Shown here: one piece after another, positions 26,866 through 36,378 of the stretch
Numbering within the stretch: the stretch's first letter is position 1
Layout of the letters: each line of letters starts with the position of its first letter
DNA from: Micropruina sp.
Lineage (GTDB): Bacteria > Actinomycetota > Actinomycetes > Propionibacteriales > Propionibacteriaceae
DNA length: 64,000 nt
Direction of reading: 5' to 3'
NCBI RefSeq assembly: GCF_047606365.1
Contig: NZ_JASGEN010000039.1
Coordinates: 344 to 64,343 of the forward strand
Notes under the pieces: generated by a model
The model's database searches: none
What the model was told of the DNA's origin: nothing
What the model saw: the letters and a program-made list of their open reading frames with translations, nothing else
Position numbers and translations under genes: made by a program

Positions 26866-27537
26866 ATGACCGACATCGTGCTGGTTGCGGGCCTGTGGCT
26901 GGCCCCGCAGGTATGGACGGACGTGGTGACCGAGCTCGACCGGCGGGGGCATCGGGGCATCCCGGTGGCCCTGCCCGGACAGGGTGACGGCAACACCGAG
27001 GCAACCCTGGACGACCAGGTCGCGGCGGTTCTGGCCGCGATCGACGACTGTGCCGCACCGCCGCTGGTGGTGGGCCACTCGGCGGCGGCATCACTGGCCT
27101 GGATCGCGGCCGACCGGCGTCCGGTGGCCGGGGTGGCCCTGATCGGCGGCTTCCCGGTCGGGGACGGCGAGGCCTACGCCGATTTCCTGCCGATCGTCGA
27201 CGGAGCGATGCCGTTCCCCGGCTGGCCGGCGTTCGAGGGTCCGGACTCCGCCGATCTGGACGCCGCGACCCGCGAACGGCTGGCGTCCGCGATGATCCCG
27301 GTGCCCGAGGCGGTCGTCCGCGGCGTCGTCCAGCTGCAGAACGAGGGCCGCTACGACGTCCCGGTCACGCTGATCTGCCCCGAGTTCACCCCGGACGACG
27401 CCAAGGCCTGGCTCACCGCCGGCGAACTGCCCGAGCTGGCGAAGGCGCGGCACCTCGACCTGGTGGATCTCGACTCTGGGCACTGGCCGATGGTCACCCA
27501 GCCGGCCGCGCTGGCAGCTGTGTTCGCCGACCTCTGA
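26866..27537 (+). CDS. Alpha/beta fold hydrolase
   Basis: LV.GLW, LPGQG, VVGHSAA nucleophile elbow, DSGHWPM; RBS AGGAGG. Confidence 0.85.
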   Translation: MTDIVLVAGLWLAPQVWTDVVTELDRRGHRGIPVALPGQGDGNTEATLDDQVAAVLAAIDDCAAPPLVVGHSAAASLAWIAADRRPVAGVALIGGFPVGDGEAYADFLPIVDGAMPFPGWPAFEGPDSADLDAATRERLASAMIPVPEAVVRGVVQLQNEGRYDVPVTLICPEFTPDDAKAWLTAGELPELAKARHLDLVDLDSGHWPMVTQPAALAAVFADL

Positions 27538-27563
27538 GGCCTCGGCAAGCTCGACCAGCGGTG
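27538..27563. repeat. REP-like family 1 single degenerate copy
   Basis: GGCCTCGGCAAGCTCGACCAGCGG right after the stop codon. Confidence 0.65.
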
Positions 27564-27619
27564 GTCACCTCCGCAATGCGTTCACGGGCGGCTGCCCGGC
27601 CGGGCACAGCGACAGCACA

Positions 27620-28405
27620 GTGCTGGCCGCTGAACTCAAGGACATGATCACCAGCAGCGAAACGGCCCTCGACAGCATCCGCACCATCGACCTCGACGAG
27701 CTGATCGCCGGTCGCCCCCTGCTCACTCGCGTCCACCGCAGATACGTCCTCTCCGCAGCGGATGCCGCGATGGCGCTGGAACTGGTGGATCCGACGACGA
27801 CCCGGGTGCTCGAGGTCGACGGACGCCGTGACCTGGGCCACACCTCGGTCTACCTGGACACCCCCGAGCTGGACGCCTTCCGGCGGGCCGCCCGCGGACG
27901 CCGGCATCGGTTCAGGATTCGCACCCGCCGGTACGAATCGGGTGGCACGTTCCTGGAGGTCCGGACGCGCCAACAGCAGCGCACCGTCCCTCACCGGCTG
28001 CCGGGCGAGCACCTGCCCGACGGTGGCTTCTCGGAAGCCGGGGCGCGGTTCGTCGCCGAGACGTTGCGTGGCGCCGGCGTCCGCAATCCACCGATCGCCG
28101 AGCTACGCGCCTCGTTGCGCGCCGACTACCGCCGGATCACCCTGCTGCACGAACCGACCACCTCCCGCATCACCATCGACTCGGGACTGACCTGGTGGGA
28201 CGTCCGCACCGGTAGCTGGCTGAGCCGTCCGGAGCTGGCGATCATCGAGACCAGGTCGGCGGGCCAGCCCTGCGGAATGGACCTGTTGCTGTCGTCCCTG
28301 GGTCATCGCCCGGCACGGTTCTCGAAGTACGCCACAGCGCTGGCGGCGATGAACCCACGGCTGCCGGCCACCAGATGGCGGCGCACCCTGCGGCAGTATT
28401 TCTGA
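27620..28405 (+). CDS. VTC / polyphosphate polymerase (CYTH-like) domain protein, divergent
   Basis: SVYLDTPEL..F, RIRTRRY, FLEV, RITID, FSKY. Confidence 0.75.
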   Translation: MLAAELKDMITSSETALDSIRTIDLDELIAGRPLLTRVHRRYVLSAADAAMALELVDPTTTRVLEVDGRRDLGHTSVYLDTPELDAFRRAARGRRHRFRIRTRRYESGGTFLEVRTRQQQRTVPHRLPGEHLPDGGFSEAGARFVAETLRGAGVRNPPIAELRASLRADYRRITLLHEPTTSRITIDSGLTWWDVRTGSWLSRPELAIIETRSAGQPCGMDLLLSSLGHRPARFSKYATALAAMNPRLPATRWRRTLRQYF

Positions 28406-28501
28406 CCCGTCAGGGCGGCACAGGGTGGCAGAATTGCCACCTGTCCGGACGTCGGAACGACCTGCGATTCTCACCTCGCCACGGGAGGGGAAGGGTCCAC
28501 C

Positions 28502-29320
28502 ATGTCCATGTTCCGCCGGTTCTGCGCTGTCACTGTGACAGCGCTCGCCCTGATTCTGGTAGCGGCACCGGGGGCGTCCGCTCACCCCGTGCCACAACAC
28601 CGAGGGGGCCACCACAGTGCGCCACAACGCAGCTACGTCGCCCTCGGCGATTCGTTCGCCGCGGGCACCGGGGCCGCACCCGCGACCGACGCCTGCGGCC
28701 GCTCGAACCTCGCTTACCCGCGGCTGCTGGCGAAGGCCGCCAGGCTGAAGCTGACCACACTCGCCTGCGCCGGGGCGACGATGACCGATGTCGCCACCAA
28801 GCAGTTGCCGTCGGTGTCCCCGTCCGCCCGCTACGTGACCGTGCAGGCCGGCGGCAACGACATCGGCTTCACCCAGGTCTTCGGGCTCTGCGCGCAGCAG
28901 GACAACGATGACCAATGCGCGGCGGCGGTTGCCCAGTCGACGGCCTACATGAACTCGACCTTCACCGGCCAGGCGAGCGCACTGTTCGCCGCCGTCCGGC
29001 AGATCGCCCCGCAGGCGCGGATCGTCGTGGTCGGCTACCCGCGGCTGTTCAGCGGCAAGGACTGCAGTCCGCTGGTGGACTACAGCGCGAAGGAGCAGCG
29101 CCTGATGAACGGCGCGATCGACCTGCTGAACACGCGACTGTCGCAGGCAGCGGCCTCGGTCGGCGCCCGGTTCGCGAATCCGACCAGGTCGTTCAAGAAC
29201 CACGCCTGGTGCGCCCGGCTGCCCTGGATCACCGGCCCGGAGAACCCGGTCGCCTTCCACCCCAACGCCCTCGGGCAGGTTCTGGGCTACCTGCCGACGG
29301 TTGCATCGAAGTTCTTCTGA
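28502..29320 (+). CDS. Secreted SGNH/GDSL hydrolase
   Basis: Signal peptide, YVALGDSF.AG, C.RS..AYP, GGND, GYP, FHPN. Confidence 0.9.
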   Translation: MSMFRRFCAVTVTALALILVAAPGASAHPVPQHRGGHHSAPQRSYVALGDSFAAGTGAAPATDACGRSNLAYPRLLAKAARLKLTTLACAGATMTDVATKQLPSVSPSARYVTVQAGGNDIGFTQVFGLCAQQDNDDQCAAAVAQSTAYMNSTFTGQASALFAAVRQIAPQARIVVVGYPRLFSGKDCSPLVDYSAKEQRLMNGAIDLLNTRLSQAAASVGARFANPTRSFKNHAWCARLPWITGPENPVAFHPNALGQVLGYLPTVASKFF

Positions 29321-29371
29321 CGGCGCGTCACCCATAGCGAGAGCGTGGGTTCCGGCCGGTAGTGTTCGGCC

Positions 29372-30718
29372 ATGCCGGAACCCCGCTTTCGCGTCGCGAT
29401 CGTCGGCGCCGGGCCGTCCGGACTGTTCGCGGCCCAGTTCCTGTCCGCCCGCGACGACGTGGCCGTCGACATCTTCGACCGCCTGCCGACCCCGTACGGG
29501 CTGCTGCGGTACGGGGTGGCACCTGATCACACCTCGATCAAGGCGGTCGCCCACGCGCTGGCCCGGGTGTTCGACGCGCCGTCCGTCCGCTTCCTGGGCA
29601 TGGTCCACTTCGGACGCGACGTCACCCGCGACGAGCTGCTCACCGGCTACGACGCGGTGATCTACGCCGTCGGCGCCAGCGAGGACCTGCGGATGGGGGT
29701 TCCCGGCGAGGACGCCGTCGGCAGCCGCTCGGCGCGCGAGTTCGTGGCCTGGTACTCGGGCCATCCGGACGCCGAACCGCAGTCGCTGGACGGCGTGCGG
29801 CAAGCGGTGGCGGTCGGCGTCGGCAACGTGGCGGTGGACGTGGCCCGCATCCTGGTCAAGGAGCCGCTGGCGCTCGCCGTGACCGACATGCCCGAGGACG
29901 TGCTGGGCGAACTGCGCCGGGCCCGGCTCACCGATGTCTGGGTGGTCGGACGGCGCGGCCCGCAGCACGCCAGCTTCACCACCACGGAACTGCGTGAACT
30001 GTGCCGGACCCCCGGGGTCGCGGTCAGCGTCGACCCGGAGGCGTTCGACGACATCGACGACGACGCCCTGGACCGGCGCACCCGGGCGAACGTCGCCGTG
30101 CTGCGCGAGGCGTCCGGGACCGAGGTGGCCGATCCGCGGATGCGGCTGCACTTCCTGTTCTGGCGCCGTCCGGTCGAGCTGCGCGGCGACCCGGTGCGCG
30201 AGTTGGTGCTGGAGCGCACCCGGCTCGACGACGGACGGGTGCTCGGCACCGGCGAAACCGAGACGCTCGAGGTCGAACTGGTGCTGCGTGCCATCGGCTA
30301 CCGCGCCGTCCGGCTGCCCGGGGTGGCCTTCGACGAGAAGCTCGGCGTGATCCCCTCCGAGCATGGCCGGGTGCTCGACGGTGCCACGGTCGCGCCGCGC
30401 GAATACGTGGTCGGCTGGATCAAACGCGGCCCGATCGGGGTGATCGGCACGAACAAGTCCGACGCCCGCGAAACCGTGGAGCAGGTGCTGGCCGACCTGG
30501 CCGAGCTCGGTCCGCGCGCCGACCGTGTCGATCTGGTCGATGCCCTCGCGGCACGTGGCTTCGTGCCCTCCAGCTACGACGACTGGCGGCGGATCGAGGC
30601 GGCCGAGGCCAACCGTGGCGCGTCCTACGCGCGGGAACGGATGAAGATCGAGGCGTGGCACGAGTTGCTCGACCTGGTGCAGGCCGAGCGTCCGGGCGGG
30701 CCGATACCGCCCGGCTGA
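29372..30718 (+). CDS. Ferredoxin--NADP reductase, adrenodoxin-reductase type (FprA-like)
   Basis: GAGPSG, PTPYGLLRYGVAPDH, GVGNVAVDVAR, GRRGP...FT..ELRE, GWIKRGP.GVIGTN. Confidence 0.88.
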   Translation: MPEPRFRVAIVGAGPSGLFAAQFLSARDDVAVDIFDRLPTPYGLLRYGVAPDHTSIKAVAHALARVFDAPSVRFLGMVHFGRDVTRDELLTGYDAVIYAVGASEDLRMGVPGEDAVGSRSAREFVAWYSGHPDAEPQSLDGVRQAVAVGVGNVAVDVARILVKEPLALAVTDMPEDVLGELRRARLTDVWVVGRRGPQHASFTTTELRELCRTPGVAVSVDPEAFDDIDDDALDRRTRANVAVLREASGTEVADPRMRLHFLFWRRPVELRGDPVRELVLERTRLDDGRVLGTGETETLEVELVLRAIGYRAVRLPGVAFDEKLGVIPSEHGRVLDGATVAPREYVVGWIKRGPIGVIGTNKSDARETVEQVLADLAELGPRADRVDLVDALAARGFVPSSYDDWRRIEAAEANRGASYARERMKIEAWHELLDLVQAERPGGPIPPG

Positions 30719-30911
30719 ACCCTCGATATTCGCTCCCGGACGCCCCGCTTCCGGCGGCCCGAGACCCGCGCTGACGCGCGGTGTCAGAACCGCTCATCGT
30801 TCATTGCCCGGGCCGCCGCAATACGTGTAGATTCGACGGTCCGGCGCATCGTGGCGACTGTTCACCCTCAAGTGCCCGGTGGCGGCTCGACGGGAGAGGA
30901 GACGTGCAGCG

Positions 30912-31940
30912 ATGCCCGGCAGCACGCGCGTCCCACACGTGGTGACACGAGCCGATGTCGCGCGCTACGCCGGCGTGAGCACCGCCGTGGTCAGCTACGT
31001 CATCAACAATGGTCCCCGCCCGGTGGCGGCCACCACCGCCGAACGGGTGAAGCAGGCCATCGACGTGCTGGGCTATCGCCCCAACGGCAGCGCGCGTGCG
31101 CTGCGCCGAGGGGTCAGCGACACCGTCGGGCTGATCACCCCCCACCTGGACAATCTGTTCTTCGCCGAACTCAGCCAAGAGATCGAGCAGCTCGCGGTCA
31201 GCACCGGCAAAGCGGTACTGCTCGGCAACTCGCTCGGCGACCTGCGCCATCAGCGCCAACTGATCGACGGCATGCTGAGCCGCCAGATCGACGGCCTGAT
31301 CGTCCGGGGCAGTTCGTCGCACGACGATCCGCTGGCTGGCATTCGCACCAATGTGCCGTGCGTGTTGCTGGACACCATGGTTCCGCTGCCCGGACGGCGC
31401 TCGATCGGCTCCGACCTCCGGGGCGGCGCCGATCAACTGGTCGACCATCTGATCACCGTCCATGGCCTCACTCGGATCGCCCTGGTGGTGGGGCGCGACC
31501 TACCCGGCCTGGTCGATCCCCGCGAGCTGGGCTGGCGCGATGCCCTGCGTCGCCACGGCCTGCCGGAGGGCCCCATCGCGCGTGCGGCGTTCGACCGGAC
31601 CGGCGGCTACCGGGCGGCGCACCAGCTACTGGCCGCACCTCTGCCGCCGCAGGCCGTGTTCGCGTCGTCGGATCTGCAGGCGACCGGTGTGCTGCGCGCG
31701 CTGCACGAGAGCGGCACGAAGGTGCCGTCCGACGTGGCGGTGGTCAGCTTCGACGGCACGTCGGAGTCCGCGTTCACCTACCCGGCGCTGACCGTGGCCC
31801 GGCAGCCGGTCGCCGCCATCGCCCGACGGGCCTTCGAGCTGCTGGCCGACCACGCCACGGCCGAGGTTTTCGAGCAGCTTCCCACCGACCTGATCGTCCG
31901 CCAGTCCTGTGGCTGCGCCGGGACGACGATCACGCCTTAG
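30912..31940 (+). CDS. LacI family transcriptional regulator
   Basis: VTRADVARYAGVSTAVVSYVIN, LGYRPN, VSFDG, LTV..QP. Confidence 0.92.
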   Translation: MPGSTRVPHVVTRADVARYAGVSTAVVSYVINNGPRPVAATTAERVKQAIDVLGYRPNGSARALRRGVSDTVGLITPHLDNLFFAELSQEIEQLAVSTGKAVLLGNSLGDLRHQRQLIDGMLSRQIDGLIVRGSSSHDDPLAGIRTNVPCVLLDTMVPLPGRRSIGSDLRGGADQLVDHLITVHGLTRIALVVGRDLPGLVDPRELGWRDALRRHGLPEGPIARAAFDRTGGYRAAHQLLAAPLPPQAVFASSDLQATGVLRALHESGTKVPSDVAVVSFDGTSESAFTYPALTVARQPVAAIARRAFELLADHATAEVFEQLPTDLIVRQSCGCAGTTITP

Positions 31941-31978
31941 CCGCGTCTCAGTGAAAGAACCGAACTCTCAAGGAGCCC

Positions 31979-34183
31979 GTGTTGTCCACTCGACCATCTG
32001 AAACCGCCGCGAACTCCGCTCGGCTGAACGGCCCTCGGGCCGTTCTGATGCGGCGGGGCGGGACGTGCCTGGTGCTGCATTGCGAGGCCGACTCACTGCC
32101 TGAGGTGCTTCATTGGGGACGCGATCTCGGCCCGCTGAGCGACGCGCAGCTGGCGGCCTGGCGTTCCGCCCGGGCCGGCGTGGTGTCCGGCAACGCCGAC
32201 GTTCCGCCTCGGCTGTCCCTGGTTCCCCAGCAGGCGGAGGGCTGGACCACCACCCCGGGGCTGGTCGGTTCGCGAGCCGGGCTGGGGCAGTTCTCCGACT
32301 TCCACCCGACGGCGATCGAGGTCGTGGCTGCCGAGGGCACCGACCAGGCGCCGTCGCACGTCCGGGTCGAGGCGCACGATGCCGAAGCCGACCTCGACCT
32401 GGCCATCGAGATCGAGCTGACGGCGTCCGGGCTGGTACGCACCCGCGCCACCCTGACCAACCGCGGCGCCGACGGCTACGGGGTCGACTCGTTGCTGCTC
32501 GCGCTGCCGACGCCGCCCAGCGAGACCCTAGTGCTCGACCAGTCCGGCCACCATCTGCGTGAGCGCGAGACCAGCACCCACGAGTTCACCCTCGGCAGCC
32601 ATGAGCGCACCACCCGGACCGCCCGCGCCCACGCCGGCTCGAGCATCCACGGCACCTGCGAACCGGGCACCAACTGGAACCGCGGGCTGGTGCACTACGT
32701 GCACGTCGCCTGGTCGGGCAACACCCGGACGCTGGCCGAGCGGGTGGTGACCGGCTTCCAGGCGATCCTGGGCGGCGAACTGCTGCTGCCGGGCGAAGTG
32801 GTGCTCAACACCGGTGACTCGTATGTCACGCCGTGGCTGATCGCCACCTGGGGCGAGGGCCTGGACGAGGCCGCCGGCCGCATCCACGACTACTTGCGCG
32901 CGCGGCCCGGGCATCCCACCTCGCCGCGGCCGGTCACCTTCAACGCCTGGGAGGCGGTGTACTTCGACCACACGCTGGAGCCGCTGCTGGCCCTGGCCGA
33001 GGTGGCCGCCGAGGTCGGCGCCGAGCGATTCGTGCTCGATGACGGCTGGTTCGGTTCGCGACGCGACGATCGCTCGGGTCTCGGCGACTGGGTGGTCTCG
33101 GTCGACGCCTGGCCGAACGGCCTCGCCCCGCTGGCGGACGCCGTCCACGCCCACGGCATGGAGTTCGGCCTGTGGTTCGAACCCGAGATGGTCAACCCCG
33201 ATTCGGACGTCGCTCGCGCCCACCCGGAATGGATCCTGTCGCCGCGGACCCACCGGCCCCAGGAGGAGCGTCAGCAGCAGGTGCTCGACCTGAGCAATCC
33301 GGACGCCTTCGCACACGTCCGCGATCAACTGCTGGCCGTCCTCGACGGGGTGCGGATCGACTACATCAAGTGGGATTTCAACCGTGACCTGCCCGAGGCG
33401 GTCTCCCCGCTGACCGGCAGGCCCGCGTATCACGCGCAGACTCTGGCCACCTATCGGCTGATGGACACCCTGCTCGCCGCCCATCCGGAGTTGGAGATCG
33501 AGTCCTGCGCCGGCGGCGGCGGACGGATCGACCTGGGCATCCTGGAGCGCGCGGTGCGGGTCTGGGGCTCGGACTGCATCGACCCGCTCGAGCGGCAGGA
33601 CATCGAGGCCGGCACGGCGCTGCTGCTGCCGCCCGAGATGGTCGGTTCGCATGTCGCGTCGACGACGTCGCACACCACCGGCCGGACGCTGAACCTGACC
33701 TTGCGTGCCTCGACCGCCCTCTTCTCGCACATGGGCATCGAGTGGAACCTGCTGGAGGCCAGCGAGCAGGAACGTGGCGACCTGGCCGCCTGGATCGGCC
33801 TCCACAAGCGGCTTCGTCCACTGCTGCACACCGGGCGCGTGGTGCACCTCGACGCTCCGGACGCCAGTTGGCGCGCGCACGGCGTCGTTTCGGCCGATCG
33901 GGACGAGGCCGTCTTCACGTTCGTGCGGATGAGCACCTCGGCCGTCCGGCCGTCCGTCGCGATGCGCCTGCCCGGCCTCGATCCGAGCGCCGACTACCAC
34001 CTGGTGGAGCTGCTGCCGGACGGCGTCCCCTCCGACCTGGCCCTGTCGCTGCGGTCACCGGAGAACTGGGGCTGGTGGCGCGAGGGTGTCACCCTTCCCG
34101 GCGCGGTGCTGGGCGAACTGGGCCTGAGAGCCCCCGACCTGTACCCGGAGCGGGCGACTCTGCTCCACCTGCGTCGAGCCTGA
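31979..34183 (+). CDS. Alpha-galactosidase, GH36
   Basis: FNAWEA.YFD, FVLDDGWF, FGLWFEPEMVN, YIKWDFNR, ESCAGGGGR, SD..D. Confidence 0.92.
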   Translation: MLSTRPSETAANSARLNGPRAVLMRRGGTCLVLHCEADSLPEVLHWGRDLGPLSDAQLAAWRSARAGVVSGNADVPPRLSLVPQQAEGWTTTPGLVGSRAGLGQFSDFHPTAIEVVAAEGTDQAPSHVRVEAHDAEADLDLAIEIELTASGLVRTRATLTNRGADGYGVDSLLLALPTPPSETLVLDQSGHHLRERETSTHEFTLGSHERTTRTARAHAGSSIHGTCEPGTNWNRGLVHYVHVAWSGNTRTLAERVVTGFQAILGGELLLPGEVVLNTGDSYVTPWLIATWGEGLDEAAGRIHDYLRARPGHPTSPRPVTFNAWEAVYFDHTLEPLLALAEVAAEVGAERFVLDDGWFGSRRDDRSGLGDWVVSVDAWPNGLAPLADAVHAHGMEFGLWFEPEMVNPDSDVARAHPEWILSPRTHRPQEERQQQVLDLSNPDAFAHVRDQLLAVLDGVRIDYIKWDFNRDLPEAVSPLTGRPAYHAQTLATYRLMDTLLAAHPELEIESCAGGGGRIDLGILERAVRVWGSDCIDPLERQDIEAGTALLLPPEMVGSHVASTTSHTTGRTLNLTLRASTALFSHMGIEWNLLEASEQERGDLAAWIGLHKRLRPLLHTGRVVHLDAPDASWRAHGVVSADRDEAVFTFVRMSTSAVRPSVAMRLPGLDPSADYHLVELLPDGVPSDLALSLRSPENWGWWREGVTLPGAVLGELGLRAPDLYPERATLLHLRRA

Positions 34184-34385
34184 CCCATCGCTGATTGAGC
34201 TTGTCTGAGCCACCGCTGGTTGAGCTTGTCTCAGCCACCGCTGGTTGAGCTTGTCGAAACCCTTGGTGACCCGAGGTCTCGACAAGCTCGACCAACAACA
34301 TCTGGGGACAAGCTCGTCCAACGCGGAAGAGCCCGCCGAAACCCTCGCCCCAACGGGGCTCGGGTCTCGACGGGCTCAACCGGCG
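34184..34385. repeat. REP-like family 1 cluster with three tandem 25-bp units
   Basis: GCCACCGCTGGTTGAGCTTGTC units starting 34184, 34209 and 34234, followed by inverted copies. Confidence 0.85.
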
Positions 34386-34398
34386 ATACGGCGTTTCG

Positions 34399-35310
34399 TC
34401 AGCCCTTGACCGCACCTGAGGTGAGGCCGCGCACGAAGTAGCGCTGCAGGGCGAAGAAGACGATCAGCGGCATGATCATCGACACGAAGGCACCGGCGGT
34501 GACCAGGTGCCAGTTCTCACCACGGCTGCCGAGCAGGCCGGCCACCGCGATGGTCAACACCGCGTTGTCGCCCTGGCCTAGGAAGATCAGCGCCACCAGC
34601 AGATCGTTCCAGACCCAGAGGAACTGGAAGATCGCGAATGACGCCAATGCCGGTGTCGACATCGGAATGATCAATTGCCAGAACGTCTTCCAATGGGACG
34701 CCCCGTCGATCTCGGCCGATTCCACGACCGATTTCGGCAGCGACGCCATGTAGTTACGCAAGATGTACAGCGCCAGCGGCATGCCGAAGCCGGCGTGCGC
34801 CAGCCAGACGGTGGCGAACTGACCGTTGATGCCCATCTGCTGGAAGATGATGGACAGCGGCACGAACGCGACCTGGTTCGGCACCACCAGCAGGCCCACG
34901 ATCAGGATGAACAGGGCGTCGCGGCCCGGGAACTTCATGAACGTGAACACGTATGCGGCGAAGGCGGCGATCAGGATCGGGATCACGGTGGCGGGCACCG
35001 CGACCGCGAGCGAGTTGACGAACGCCTGCCCCATCGGAATGGCGCCGGTGGTGAGCACCTCGCGATAGTTGTCGATGGTGATCTGCGTCGGGTTGGCGAA
35101 GACGTTCCACCAACCGTTCGAGTTCGATTCGCTGCGAGGACGGATGGACGCGATGAACAGGCCGATGGTCGGAATCAGCCAGAGCAGGCACATGATGACG
35201 ACGATGATCTCGATGATCAGAATGCCCTTGCCGGCTCCGACCGAACGGCCGGAATTCTCGTCGTGCCCGGCGTCCTTCTTCTTCTTGACGGTCTGAGTGG
35301 CGGTGCTCAT
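34399..35310 (-). CDS. Carbohydrate ABC transporter permease (MalG-like)
   Basis: EAA-loop variant ESAEIDGA, FQFLWVWNDLL. Confidence 0.92.
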   Translation of the reverse strand: MSTATQTVKKKKDAGHDENSGRSVGAGKGILIIEIIVVIMCLLWLIPTIGLFIASIRPRSESNSNGWWNVFANPTQITIDNYREVLTTGAIPMGQAFVNSLAVAVPATVIPILIAAFAAYVFTFMKFPGRDALFILIVGLLVVPNQVAFVPLSIIFQQMGINGQFATVWLAHAGFGMPLALYILRNYMASLPKSVVESAEIDGASHWKTFWQLIIPMSTPALASFAIFQFLWVWNDLLVALIFLGQGDNAVLTIAVAGLLGSRGENWHLVTAGAFVSMIMPLIVFFALQRYFVRGLTSGAVKG

Positions 35311-36299
35311 GAGTTGGCCTCCTGAATCCGGAACTGCCGAACCTGGTAGATCAGGACCGGGATGATCGCGATGATCAGGATCACCACGATGGCCGATGCC
35401 GTGCCCGGGTCACCGGCTTTGAAGAGCGCCCCGTAGAAGGCATTGCCGAGCACGTTGGTGGTGTAGTTGCCGTTGGTCATCGCATACACGATGTCGAAGA
35501 CCTTCATGACGCCGATGAGCACCGTGATGAATACGGTGATCACGGTCGGCCAGGCCTGCGGAAGAATGATCCGGAAGAAGATCTTTCCTTCGGTGGCGCC
35601 GTCGATGCGTCCGGCCTCGATGGTGTCCTCGGGGACGGCCTTCAACGCCGAGCTGAGCAGCACCATCGAATAGCCGACCTGCGTCCAGACGTAGACCATC
35701 ATCAGCAGGAACGTGTTGAAGCGGAACGTGTCGATCTGCAGCCAGGTCTGCGGCACACCGCCGAACCAGACCACGATCTGGTTGAACAGGCCGATCTGCG
35801 GCTGGCCCTCGGGCTTCCAGGCGAAGACCAGGTTCCAGATAGTCGACGCGCCGACCATCGAGATCGCCATCGGCAAGAAGATGATCGACTTCGCGATCTT
35901 CTCGCCGCGTGCGTTCAGCTTGTCGACCAGCACCGCGACGCCGAGACCCATCGCAACGATCAGTGCCGGAGCCACGATGATCCACAGCACATTGTTGATC
36001 AGCGTATTGATGAAGTCGGGATCGGTGAACAGATGTCGATAGTTGTCGAACCCGACCCAGCGGCCCAGCCGTCCGTAACTGCCCTTGCGGAAGGACGACA
36101 TCACGGTTTCCACCGCCGGGTACAGCAGGAAGATTCCGATCACGGCGAAGGCCGGAAGAATCAGCGCGTACGGCTTGAGCCGGTTCTCCCATTTGCGGGG
36201 AAGTAGTTCGCAGGCTTTGTTCAACAACCAGAAGAGGGCGACTGCGCCGACGACGCCGACAACCACGGCGCCGAGGGCAAGCCCCAGTTTCTCTACCAC
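35307..36299 (-). CDS. Carbohydrate ABC transporter permease (MalF-like)
   Basis: WVGFDNY, EAGRIDGA, KVFDIVY.MT.G. Confidence 0.92.
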   Translation of the reverse strand: MVEKLGLALGAVVVGVVGAVALFWLLNKACELLPRKWENRLKPYALILPAFAVIGIFLLYPAVETVMSSFRKGSYGRLGRWVGFDNYRHLFTDPDFINTLINNVLWIIVAPALIVAMGLGVAVLVDKLNARGEKIAKSIIFLPMAISMVGASTIWNLVFAWKPEGQPQIGLFNQIVVWFGGVPQTWLQIDTFRFNTFLLMMVYVWTQVGYSMVLLSSALKAVPEDTIEAGRIDGATEGKIFFRIILPQAWPTVITVFITVLIGVMKVFDIVYAMTNGNYTTNVLGNAFYGALFKAGDPGTASAIVVILIIAIIPVLIYQVRQFRIQEANS

Positions 36300-36318
36300 G
36301 ATTTTCTCCTAAGTTCGC

Positions 36319-36358
36319 GCCTGGCGGTGCCGCGAACACCTTCGCAGCACCGCCAGGC
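36319..36358 (-). terminator. Stem-loop between the substrate-binding gene and first permease (attenuating/stabilising hairpin)
   Basis: GCCTGGCGGTGC pairs with GCACCGCCAGGC. Confidence 0.55.
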
Positions 36359-36378
36359 TGAGACTCGGACCTCTGGTT

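Noticed and set aside
25726-27537. WYL regulator as marker of a defence island
   Set aside because: HTH_11-WYL divergent from an alpha/beta hydrolase is a common stand-alone pairing; no defence genes nearby
34184-34258. Three tandem 25-bp units as a possible CRISPR array
   Set aside because: No unique spacers, no cas genes, and the unit is the REP family 1 sequence
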